A stretch of DNA of 64,000 nt from Takakia lepidozioides (Eukaryota > Plantae > Bryophyta). Made by a program: the position numbers and the translations under genes. This document shows positions 1 through 11,101 of the stretch, in pieces. The notes below the pieces were generated by a model. That model was given only the letters and a program-made list of their open reading frames with translations, made no database searches and had not been told where the DNA came from. Position 1 is the stretch's first letter. The number at the start of each line of letters is the position of its first letter. Where the stretch lies: assembly GCA_030704615.1 (NCBI GenBank), contig CM060732.1, forward strand, positions 47,988,001-48,052,000, read 5' to 3'.

Positions 1-15
1 CTCCCTTCGCTTAAG

Positions 16-1190
16 TCACCCACATTTGGCATACATGTCCACCAGGGTAGTGTTCAGAATGACATCTAGTACAATTCCAGCTTTGACGATGTCACCATGG
101 ACTTCTTTCCCCTTTTCCAGAGCTCCCAGGCTTGCATACGCATTGCAAACACAAACAAATGTGATGTGGTTGGGCTTCACCCCTTCGCGCAGCATTTGCT
201 TGTAGGTCTCCAAAGCATTCCTACCACACCCATGCTTGGTAAATCCTGCCAACATTCTCACGTGATCAAAGATCGTTGAGGCATTCTGTTGAACACTTGG
301 TGAGCATCCATGATGCTCCCGCACTTAATATATATGTTGACAAGGGTGTTGAGTAGAAAAACATTTGGTATGAATCCACTTTGGATAATGTGAGTGTGCA
401 CCTGTTTTCTAGCTTCCAGACCTTCCATCTTGATGCACTTAAGCAAGAGACAGAGATACGTATCTGAATCTGCTGAAATGCCTCCTTGGTTTGGAGTCTG
501 TAGAGCCTCTGCCAAGCTACCTGCCGCACAAAGTATCTTCACATGCAGGTTTATTGTAGCTATTGATCCACATCGAATCATAGGTCATTTGGAGCTTGAA
601 GTCGGCCCTCTTGAATCTGTCCACCCACACACTATCCCTACTCCTTCAGCTATCTATGCCTCTGCACGAATCATACATACATTCTTCCCTGTTGTCACAT
701 TGGCAGTATCATGTCAAAGTCACTCCAAACTATCAAAGGTACACTCAACCAGCTAACTTGCAGAATTCAACATGAAAATTTAGGGCCGATTGTGATAAGA
801 GGGAAAAACAAGGTGAAATATTTTGAAGAAGGTGCCTTCGTTAGCAGTACCTGAATTTATCAATTGTATCACTGCTACTGCGGCTTCCAGTTGACCATCT
901 ACCCATGCATGTTTCTTGTAGCTATCCTTCCACAGGGAATCATGGGTGATCGGAGCTTGAAATCCAGCCCTCTTGGATGAATCTGGACCCACATCTCAAG
1001 GTCGAATCTGATGAGAGGGCAAAACAGGCTGAAATAGGTCGAAGAAAAAGGTGCCCTCACCACATTGTCCTTGACCTTGTTTCATGACCCATGGAGACCT
1101 GCTAGCAGCTGACACCCCAATTCTAAATTGCATCTGCTTCTCTCTGTAGTCCAACAGGCATTCACCTTTTTGTCTCCATTGTCCCACCAT
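16..1190 (-). pseudogene. PLS-class PPR protein pseudogene fragment with N-terminal/leader sequence (unit 1)
   Basis: Frameshifted ORFs 258..581 and 16..324 give PLS motifs (KQVHTHIIQSGFIPNVFLLNTLVNIYIKCGS; PNHITFVCV..; GKEVHGDIVKAG..NTTLVDMYAKCG*). Upstream sequence is shared with unit 2 (1200-1350 ~ 5776-5941). Confidence 0.88.
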
Positions 1191-1439
1191 TGACTGGGGT
1201 TTGAAACATGGTCTGCTAAGACCAAGCTGAATCTTTCAAGAACATTGTAAACATCAGGAAGAATAACAAATCATGGTACTAAGAGCCCCCATTTGCAGGA
1301 TGGACAAACTTCTTCACATCGTGCATTAAGAAAAGCCACACCTTGCAATTGCTCCTGCTGTGTACTCATAATCTGAGAACGTCTCCTGCGAATCGCAATC
1401 GGCCTGTGAAACCCCTCCTGCGGTTCAAGAAACGGGCAG

Positions 1440-1690
1440 TTTGGGCAGTTTCGAAACACTTGGCGCCACGAATTCTATTGGCATTTTTTGGGCGGGCAAT
1501 CCGGACAGATTTAAAGAATTTGACAACGAAACGTGGCGACAATGACGTGCGACGAAAATGTGGCACTTTGGCACCATATTCCTGCTCTACGCTAAACTAG
1601 CTTCCGACCTTCAGTCGTCACTAGAACTAGGGCTTCGCGTTGCTTTGCACTACTAGCGACGAATTCTAAGAACTACGTTCAATTTTTCAC
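1440..1690. mobile_element. Composite of two rolling-circle (Helitron/Helentron)-like termini
   Basis: Repeat 'E1' (CCTGCTCTACGCTAAACTAGCTTCCGACCTTCAGTCGTCACTA) abuts an inverted hairpin+CTAG end 'E2' (CTAGGGCTTCGCGTTGCTTTGCAC). Homologous at 6040-6194, 27379-27590, 46340-46392, 55796-55995. Confidence 0.55.
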
Positions 1691-3109
1691 AAAAAAAAAA
1701 AAAAAAGGTGGGTCATCCCCATATGTTACATGTAGAGATCCCGGGTTCTGTTTTTTTCTGGAAGAAAAATGGCGGATCTGCATTTCAATGTTCAATTTTC
1801 ACAAGACTTATCAATCAATAACAACATACCCAAATACCCTTACATTCACTATATGTAACCAGGATGATACCACTGGGGAGGATGAGCTGAATTCTAATGG
1901 AAGACCTTTAGATCAAATTTGTCATTCAGTCAAACAATGATTCCATCCATGTCATAGATGGTAGGTTGTAGTCTTGATCTGCATCAATACAAACTAGAGT
2001 TTGATGACTTGGGGCTGCAATATAAATGGTTGCATGCCTACCCTCGTCACTTTCTTTCACTCCAAAGTTTTCCATTGGAAAGCTATAAGTTAGCATGTCT
2101 GAGAGTGAGGTATGTCACATTTTCACAAGAATTTTAGCACTGTTCCTGTTTGTGGACTCTGAAGTTATTCCTTCCAGAAAGTACTCGGAACAGTCAGCTG
2201 ATAACTTTCTTCTCCCTCCCAAACACATTTCCAACCCAGCCTGTCCCATAATATGTCCCATGCACATGGCTACATGCAGAGAGAAGAGCTGTAAATGTGA
2301 TAGAATCGCGTGTCAAACATTCACATGCATCTATTCAAATAGTTGGAGGGCCTACCACAACCGTGCTGAGCATAACGTGCAATCATCACACAAGGATCAA
2401 TCTACTATGTGTGAATTGTCCAGCAATGAGCACCCAACAGGGCCAGGTCTTTAGGCTGAGCAGCCTTGAGATTTTCAAAGTTGGTGAACAGATGTAGAGA
2501 CAATGTTCTTGATGTTCCTGAAGAGCGTCAGTCTTTGTGAGAATACCTTGGACAATGTAAATTAAGATGAGAAGTGGTTGGGCTTCACCAATTCGCACAA
2601 CATTTGCTCATATGTCTCCAAAGCATTCCTACCACACCCATGCTTGGTAAATCCTGCCAATATTAAATTCCACGTGATCAAAGATCGTTGAGGCATTCTG
2701 TTGAAAACTTGGTAAGCATCCATGATGCTCCCACTTAACATACATGTTGACAAGGGTGTGGAGTAGAAAAACATTCGGCATAAATCCACTTTGGATAATG
2801 TGAGTGTGCACCTGTTTTCCAGCTTCCAGACCTTCCATCTTGATGCAATTAAGCAAGAGACTGACATAAGAATCTAAATCTGCTGAAATGCCTCCTTGGT
2901 TTAAAGTCTGTAGAGCTTATGTCAGTCTGCCTGCCACACAAACATCTTCTCATGCCAATAAGTGCCAGAAGAGGCATTGTGGACTCCTTCTCTTGAACCT
3001 CTTTCAGAAGCTATGGTCATGGTTGTGGTGCCTGACATTATCAACTGTGCCTCTGCAGCTGCTGCCTTTAGTTGACCATGTGCCCATGCAGGTTTCTTGT
3101 AGCTATTGA

Positions 3110-3600
3110 TCCACATGTCATGTGTGCTGCCTATTTGTGTGGCAGTCACCACATAACCCAAAGGTTTTGACGATGCGCAGAGACCCTGGGGGCCATGCTG
3201 ATCAGCCCAATAGCCCAACGTCTCACAGTGGTGGTAAAGAGAACATTCATTTTGCGCCTCCACCACATCAAGCCATACAAAGCACATGTCAGGCACATAC
3301 CCACTCCCTGGAGAATTTCTTCAGCTTCGCATGAATTTCCTCCATTTGTGGATCCAGCATGTCTACTGCCATGAATTTATGCACCTGGTTGTCTACCTCA
3401 ATGCAGTTATGCCCAGGCTCCTTCACCTGTCCTCTATCATTGTTCTGACCTTTGCTGCATCGTCCCACCTGCCAGTCACTGCATATATGCTTGATAGTAG
3501 CATGTAAGTTGCAGCGGGCAGTGGATCCAACTAGAGAAGGGATTTTGTTGCACGTTCTGCTAGCTCTACATTGCCAATTCTACAGGCAACAAGCAAGGCC
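3110..3600 (-). pseudogene. E1-E2-DYW (PG-box type cytidine deaminase) domain remnant, C-terminally truncated
   Basis: Across frameshifts: ATYMLLSSIYAVTGRWDDAAKVR, KEPGHNCIEVDNQVHKF (PG box), YVPD..HHCE (HxE), CGDCH. The terminal HHF..CSC.DYW is absent. Confidence 0.82.
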
Positions 3601-5462
3601 CCCCACAGTGAAGCGTTTGGTTCCATCATCCAATCGCCCACGGCCAAAATGCTCCACTCCAGGAGTAAGGCCATGATCTTGACTCATGCAATCGAGGTAG
3701 TGGCGGCCTTCATTCACCAGGCCTGCATGGCTACATGCAGAGAAAAGACAGAGAAAGACGATATTGTCCAGTCTCAAACCTTCCTATTGCATTTGTTCAA
3801 ATAGTCCGAAGGCCTCCCGACCACACCCATGCTGGGCATATCCTGCCATCATGGTGGCAAAGAGACAATTCTTTAAGCTCTTCCTCCACATCATGCAATG
3901 CAAAGCGTGTGTCAGGCACACACCCGGCCTCCTTCATCTGCCCACATTCACCGCCTCCGCACATCATTTGCTCATAGGTCTCCAAAGCCTCCCTACCACA
4001 TCCCTGCTGTGGATACCCTGTAAGCATCGTGTTCCATGACACCACATCTCATTCAGCCATAGTGTTGAAAACTCCCTTTGCATCCTTAATGCACCCACAT
4101 TTGGCATACATGTCCACCAGGGTAGTGTTCACAATGACATTTGGTACAATTCTAGCTTTGACGATGTCATCATGGACCTCTTTCCCCTTTTCCAGGGCTC
4201 CCAGGCTTGCACACAAATGAACGTGATGTGGTTGGGCTTCACCCCTTCGCGCATCATTTGCTCACCACATCAAGGTGCCCTTACCACATTGTCCTTGACA
4301 ATTCAGTATGCATCTCAGGGCCGAGTCTGATGAGAGGGCAAAACAGGCTGAAATAGGTCGAAGAAGAAGGTGCCCTCACCACATTGGCCTTGACCTTGTG
4401 GCACGACCCATGGAGGATTTGACCACCCATGCTTGGTAAATCCTGCCAACATTATATTCCACGTGATCAAAGATCGTTGAGGCATTCTGTTGAACACTTG
4501 GTGTGCATCCATGATGCTCCCGCACTTAACATACATGTTGACAAGGGTGTCGAGTAAAAAAAACATTTGGCGTGAATCCACTTTGGATAATGTGAGTGTG
4601 CACTTGCTTTCCAGCTTCAAGGCCTTTCATCTTGATGCACTTATGCAAGAGACAGACATACATATCTGAATCTGCTGAAATGCTCTGAATCTGAAATGCC
4701 TCCTTGGTTTAAAGTATGTAGAGCCTCTTTAAGTCTGCCTGCCCCACAAGGCATCTTCACATGCCCAGAAGTGCCAGAAGAGGCATTGTGGACTCCATCT
4801 CTTGATCCTCTTCTAGAAGTTGTGGTCATGGTTGAGGTGCTTGATTTTATCAACTGTGCCACTGCAGCTGCTGCCTTTAGTTGACCATCTACGCATGCAG
4901 GTTTCTTGTAGCTATTGATCCACAGGGAATCATACGTAATCTTAGTGCTTGAAATCTGGCCCTCTTGGATGAATCTGGACCCACACTCTATCCTTCTCCT
5001 TCAGCTATCCATGCCTCTGCACAAATCATGCATTCATCTTTGCCCTTGTTGCTAGCAGCTGACAATGACAACCTAGGAAACACCCAATCACACTAGTTCC
5101 TACGCTGAATTGCATCTGCTACTCTCTGTCATCTAACAGGGATTCAACTTTTTGCCTCGGTTGTCCCACCATTGACTGGGGTCAACAAAGTATTCATTCC
5201 ACACCTTCTCCTCATCTCTGTTACCTGTTTTTTGATACTTTCCTGTTATCACATTGGCAGTATCATATCAAAGTCACTCCAAACCAGATTCACTCAACCA
5301 GCTAGAATTCAACATGGATATTTAGGGCCGATTCTGACAAGAGGGAAAAACAGGATGAAATGTGTTGAAGAAGATGCCTTCATTAGCAGTGCCTTGTTCT
5401 ATCAATTGTGTGGTTGCCGCTGTTGTTTCTAGTTGACCATCTACCCAACGAGCTAACTTACA

Positions 5463-5660
5463 GAATTCAATATGCATCTCAGGGCTGAGTCTGATGAGAG
5501 GACAAAACAAGCTGAAATAGGTCGAAGAAGATGCCCTCACCACATTGTCCTTGAAAATTCAATATGCATCTCAGGGTCGAGTCTGATGAGAGGGCAAAAC
5601 AGGCTGAAATAGGTCGAAGAAGAAGGTGCCCTCACCACATTGTCCTTGACCTTGTGGCAT
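5463..5660. repeat. Two tandem copies of a ~93-bp module associated with PPR fragments
   Basis: CTCAGGG..GAGTCTGATGAGAGGGCAAAACAGGCTGAAATAGGTCGAAGAAG..GTGCCCTCACCACATTGTCCTTGA. Also at ~997-1085 and 4270-4400, and in reverse orientation at 56983-57053 and 63939-64000. Diverged copies at ~780-850 and 5320-5400. Confidence 0.85.
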
Positions 5661-6039
5661 GACCCATGGAGGATTTGACCATCAATCCAAAAGGACCCCT
5701 TGTGTGTGCTGCTTGTGTCAGGTGATGTCGGATTGGTCTATGAGAACCACTACGGTGCAGCTGAGTAGGCATAGATTGAAACACGGCCTGCTAAGACCGA
5801 GCTGACTCTCCTAAGAACCTTGTAAACATAATCAAGAAGAATATCAAATCAGGGTATTTACAGGAGCCAAGAGCCCCCATTTGCAGGATGGACAAACTTC
5901 TTCACATCGTACATTAAGAAAAAGCTAAACCTTGCGATTGCAGTTGTCCCACCATTGTGCCTCCGCGCTCAAGCATGCGGGGGCACCATCCTCCCGTCGT
6001 CCTCCCTTCCCCCACGCGCATCTCTCCCGGGGTTTTTTT

Positions 6040-6315
6040 CGGTGATTTCGGGCAGCATGGGCAGGTACCAAAGAATTTGACGACGAAACGTGGCTACGAA
6101 ACATGGCGACGATGATGTGACGATGATGATGGGGCACTATGGCACCCTATTCCTGCTCTACGCTAAACTAGCTTCCGACCTTCGGTCCTCGCTATAATAG
6201 TGGAACCGAGGTAAGAGGGGGTGGGGAGGATTTGACAGGGGCATGCCGGAGGAGCCCCAGGCTGCCGGAATCCGGCGAAAGTACCATCAGATCCCACACG
6301 TCCATTAAGTTCTTA
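6040..6315. mobile_element. E1 hairpin-terminated repeat end (6040-6194) plus Helitron E2 subterminal fragment (6260-6315)
   Basis: TATTCCTGCTCTACGCTAAACTAGCTTCCGACCTTCGGTCCTCGCTA; 6260-6315 resembles 46289-46342. Confidence 0.5.
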
Positions 6316-7614
6316 AATTATTCTTATTGTCTTCCATAAGGGTCTACTTATTATTTTTCAATACCCCAATAAATTTTCCACTGTAGATAAGGACTTTCTT
6401 ATGTTGTTGATTGTTATAGAGTTTTATGTCCTCTTTTATCAAGTGGCCATTTGTATGTGTTATGTCCACCTGGTTTGCTACATGCATATCAATTGGTACA
6501 TACTACCTACATTATCAATAGATCCATGTCCCTCTCTCACTATCCATATAATTGAATTCACAATTTGTCATGACCGCTAGACCAAGCAATCTTAAACAAC
6601 CGAGACAAATAACTATGGCCAATCGTCAACACCGATGGCGCACAACCCTATTGATTACTCTTACTTCACGCGTCAAGAGTGACGCTGGCAGCCACAATGT
6701 TAATATTCTAAACCAAAACTATATGATACCGCCACCATTAATCTTTATCCTACAGTATCAAATCACTTACCGCTCTCACCCTCAACAAATGCAAGATTAA
6801 AAGTGGCCAGCAGGTCAGCCTTAGGCGGCTCGTTATCGAACGAAGTCTAAATGGTAGGCTGAAACATGAAGACAAATTTAGATCTGGTGACATTGGTGAT
6901 TTATTCCGGTATTCATGCGGCGTTCAATGTCATCCATTTGTTAGGATGCCAACTATAGCCATGCATGAGCCTTCCATCCAAGCTAGAAGGCCATAACTCC
7001 AAAGAATGTTAGCAGGGCCATTTTGGTTTGTGTGGCTAACTTGTAGATGATCTTTTCTTCCATAGAATGTCTCGACTGATGTGGTGTGCTTGGACATGAA
7101 TAGGCAATGGTCTTTTGGTTCACATCGACAGGCTCCAAAAGCCCGCTAAAATAGCCTCCAAGACCCTCAATGCTCCTCTAAAAATTTGGCAGGTCCCAGA
7201 CTCCTGTAGCTGATTTCCATCCGGCAATGACCATTTCTCATCCAAAAGAGCCAATTTTTATCCGCAAAGCCCATTGTCATGGATGGACCCAATTATGTCA
7301 CCCTCCCCTCCCCCCCCCCATGACTTCTAGAACAACACTCACGGACTGTTGGTATCAGGTTTACTACATACCATACCAGTAGAGTACCAAGGGTTTCACA
7401 AAATGTTCATACCAGTCCGGTAGTATAATGGCAGATGTATTTTGTCGGGATATAGGTAATGCATATTTCATATCATGATCACAATATCAACTGGTCTCAG
7501 GGGTCATTGACATTGGTATCATTCAAGTGCCATTTTTAATTATAATTTAAATTAACAATTACACTTTACCAATTATCAAGTATCCAGAGGATTTTCTGTT
7601 CATAAAAAGTGCAC

Positions 7615-7810
7615 AGTGTGTCACCTTGGTGATTCGGGGTTCGAACCCCGCTGGCCTGCCTCGTGTGTGGATTATTTGTATATGATCTTGGGCATTATTT
7701 GTCCTCATGGCCCATAAATGAAAGGGGGTTAATTTTTCCCCCTCCTCAAGGGTTTGACCCTTGATTTGTGGGCTGTTGCTCTGTTTTCTTTTTTTTTAAA
7801 TGAAAAAAAA
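7615..7810 (+). mobile_element. Degraded tRNA-derived SINE-like fragment
   Basis: B-box GGTTCGAACCC at ~7638-7648 and an A/T-rich tail; no clear A-box or TSD. Confidence 0.35.
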
Positions 7811-8614
7811 GGTTCATTATATAAGTAAGAGAAAAAGTTCATTACATATATTATACATACAATACATACCTAACTGTGCAAATTATTTGTACAATACTAT
7901 TTGTCACAAGTAGAATACTCATACCAGAGCAAACAGTGAGGATGACGGCGGGGAAGTACTCTTATGGCGGCTGCTATATAGAAGTCTATACCAGCCTGGT
8001 CCTACATACCGGCCTGGTCTGATATTACATACCGGTTCATATGCCAGTACATCTACATATAAAATGTACCGGCTCCTTCGCCTAATGCCGACATTGGTGG
8101 AGACTCTTGGAAAACAGCTCCATAATCTATCACTTGACTTCTAGATAAAATTAGAGACATTAAAAGTAACTCTCTATTTAAAGAGGCTTTTGTTTTAAAA
8201 TTAAAGGTAGTTCACATATATAGTAAAAGTAAATATATATAGTAAAAATAGGTCTAAAAGGCAAGTCTTTAGTGATTGCTTTTAGCCTAGCTAGACCTAT
8301 ATAAGAAGCTCCACGGTGAAGCTACAAATCAGTTGTTCATGCTGTGTGCTTCTATGGTTGGGTGGAGAGCTTCTATACAATCCTCTATTTTGTTCTATCT
8401 ATGTTGAAACATTGAGAGACAAGTTTGATTAGAAAACTTATAACTTTTGAAGCGTGCATCACTTACAAGCATTGAAGAGCTTCAGCGGTACCTGGGATTA
8501 GAACAGCAAAATAGTTGGGCAAGCAATCGAAAACTCTCGGAAGTGACTGTGCAGCCGCAAGTGGGTGCGTTGAAATCGGGTGTACAATTTCTTCGGGGAC
8601 TTGGTTCACCAAAG

Positions 8615-10003
8615 ATGTGGCCATTTGTACCTAGTCCAGCTTTCATGCCCGTCGCTTGGCTGCGGTCAGCGAACCTGCTACTGCTGCTGATTTTGTTGTC
8701 AATGAGCGATTGGGTCTCAGTTACAAGTAAGCTTCAGTCCCGTGTCCTAGGCCGCAGGGTGATTTGTTTGTCAGCTGGCTTCGATAGGTAGTGTCTCTGA
8801 ATACACCAGGTCTTCTTGATGCACCTCGAACAGAATTTCGTCATGTGTTTTAGCCCACCATGTCACGTTAAAGGGCTTTGAAATCTGATGCTTTGTCGTA
8901 AAGTTTGATATGATATGTTCGACCCATCGATTGCTCACTTGAGGCTTTCCGAACTTTAAAAGGGAGCAATGAAACTTGGTTCCTATTTCACAGAGAATAT
9001 ATTTGTGGGTATCTGTGCAGGTGCTTCTACTATTGGAGTCTCCTATGGCAGACAGGGGGATAATCTTCCATCGCCGCAACAAGTAGTCCAACTACTCCAA
9101 TCTTTACAGGTGCAGAACGTCAAAATCTATGACACAGATGGAGGAGTGCTTGGAGCGTTTGCAAACACAGGGATTGACGTCTCCATAACAATGTTGAACC
9201 AGGATATTCCAAATATCGCTTCCAGTGAAGGTGCGGCACAAAACTGGGTTAGCACCAACTTGCAGCCGTACATCCCTGCAACTAAGATCAGCTTGATTGC
9301 AGTGGGAAACGAGATATTGACTAGCGATGATGGGATAGCGTTGCAGCTGGTACCAGCAATGCAGAATTTGCACAGTGCTCTAGTATCTGCAGGTTTGGAT
9401 GGGAGCATTAAAATCTCGACTCCGCATGCTTTCAATGTGCTGCAGACCTCATACCCTCCATCTGCAGGAGCTTTTCTGAGCAGCTATGCTACGTCGGTCA
9501 TGCAGCCTCTCTTAGGCTTTTTGGCTGAAACACAGTCGGTGTTCCTAGTGAACGTTTACCCGTTTTTCAGCTACACATACAACTCCGGAACAATAGATAT
9601 AAACTACGCGCTCTTCAATCCAAACGCCCCCACAGTTACAGATCAAGGCCGAACGTACAACAACTTGTTTGATGCACAGATTGACGCATTAATCTCTGCC
9701 ATGACAGCCCTTGGCTATGGGGATATACCTATGGTGATAACAGAGTCTGGGTGGCCTTCTGTCGGTGACCCGGACCAGGTGGGTGCCAGTTTGGCAAACG
9801 CACAAACCTACAGCAACAACCTTGTGAAGCACGTTCTCGCAAATCCACCGCTTGGCACCCCTCTAAGACCTGGAGTCGCAATTCAGACTTACATATTTGC
9901 AGTCTTCAACGAAGACCAAAAGCCCGGTGCCACCAGTGAGCGCAACTGGGGTCTTTATTATCCCGACATGACACCAGTGTACACCGCAAGTTTGTCCGTT
10001 TGA
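8615..10003 (+). CDS. Glycoside hydrolase family 17 beta-1,3-glucanase; join(8615..8726,9021..10003), ~364 aa, secreted
   Basis: Signal-peptide exon (..ANLLLLLILLSMSDWVSVT), GT-AG phase-1 intron, IGVSYG, AVGNE and ITESGWPS catalytic Glu motifs, YIFAVFNED, SERNWGL. No X8/GPI extension. Confidence 0.95.
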
Positions 10004-11101
10004 GTAAAGCTTCCTTGATTTGTGCTCAGTGTTCCATCACGCTGGGTTACAAATTCACACCTCGGCAGGGTAGATGGAAAAAAGATCTAGGAAACTGATC
10101 ATACTTTTCAGCTGGGGCTGAACATTAAGGTTGAACATTCTTTTGTGAGTTGCATTTTGAGTTTGGGGATAGTTATGATATCAGAAGCTTTCATTCTATA
10201 GAAACTTGATTCATGTTTAATATTTTACCCAGGATCAGATTGATCACCAGACAGCCAGCTGATCAACCACAACACACCATGTACTACTTGGAATTGAGCT
10301 ACACGAAGAATCTTACCTCTTGTCTCTCTGTGTTCCAAAGACATACTGAAGTTGTTGATAGCTTCTCTTTGTATGCACAGAGTGAGGGAATGCAGGGTCA
10401 GCCATCTTTGCAGGTCACCACACATTGCTTGGTGTGTCTAAGAAGTACACAATTGGTGCTAGTAGCCTCATCTTTCACATAAATTCAAATAAATATAACT
10501 GCTAAATACAGAACAAATTTGCAACCTTACAACCATATGTTGGTGTGGTGTGAGGGCATGCGACAAGGCAAGCATGAAGCTTTCACAAGCTTGCATGTTA
10601 TATGCTTCAGGTTCTGCTGAACTGTTTATGCTGCTTGAATGGCGTGGCTTGTACTTTAGTTTCTTTGGCTTGTGCTTAGTTGCAATGAGCAAATCAACCT
10701 TGCTGGATCTTTGTGATGCACAATAGAGCCCTCAGTAAGGGCCAAGTGTCTTCAGAAACTGTCGATCGGAAGTTTTGAAGGGATAAAAATTTTCCAATTT
10801 GAGTTGCGCAAGGACATAGGAGTGAGTGGTTGAATCACTTCACGCTGAGGCCTTCTTTCAAGCCTACAGTGACGGTTAAGAACTATTTTCTGTACCAAGT
10901 ATCATTGTACATATCTCTTTCCTGCTGTTGTTGGAGAACAGTCCATAGAATGCAACCCAATCACAAATGCTGCTGTGTTAAGTGATTAGATACTCCTCTG
11001 CAAGACATCAGTTTTGGTGGGTTGGACGCCTTGCTGTCTGGTAAGATATCCGTTTTTGACACCTTACCAGCATTTCATACCAGAATCTGTCAGCTCTTCT
11101 G

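Larger units (their letters stand above)
2230..5940 (-). pseudogene. Cluster of shuffled PLS-E-DYW PPR pseudogene fragments (unit 2)
   Basis: Several near-duplicate PPR blocks (2570-3110, 3960-4270, 4420-5030), S2/E entry motif SACSHAGLVNEG, many stops and frameshifts. Confidence 0.88.

Noticed and set aside
3110-3420. U-to-C type (DYW:KP) editing domain
   Set aside because: It has a PG box and HCE, not the KP/HAE signature, and is truncated.
4326-4360. Hammerhead ribozyme in the 93-bp module (CTGATGAG..GAAA..GTC)
   Set aside because: Core words are present but the intervening GAGGGCAAAACAGGCT cannot form stem II, and no stem I/III pairing was found.
5583-5610. Box C/D snoRNA (TGATGA..CTGA)
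   Set aside because: The boxes are only ~14 nt apart and the sequence is a dispersed PPR-linked repeat.
8447-8791. 114-aa ORF as a separate gene
   Set aside because: It is the glucanase signal-peptide exon plus UTR and intron read-through.
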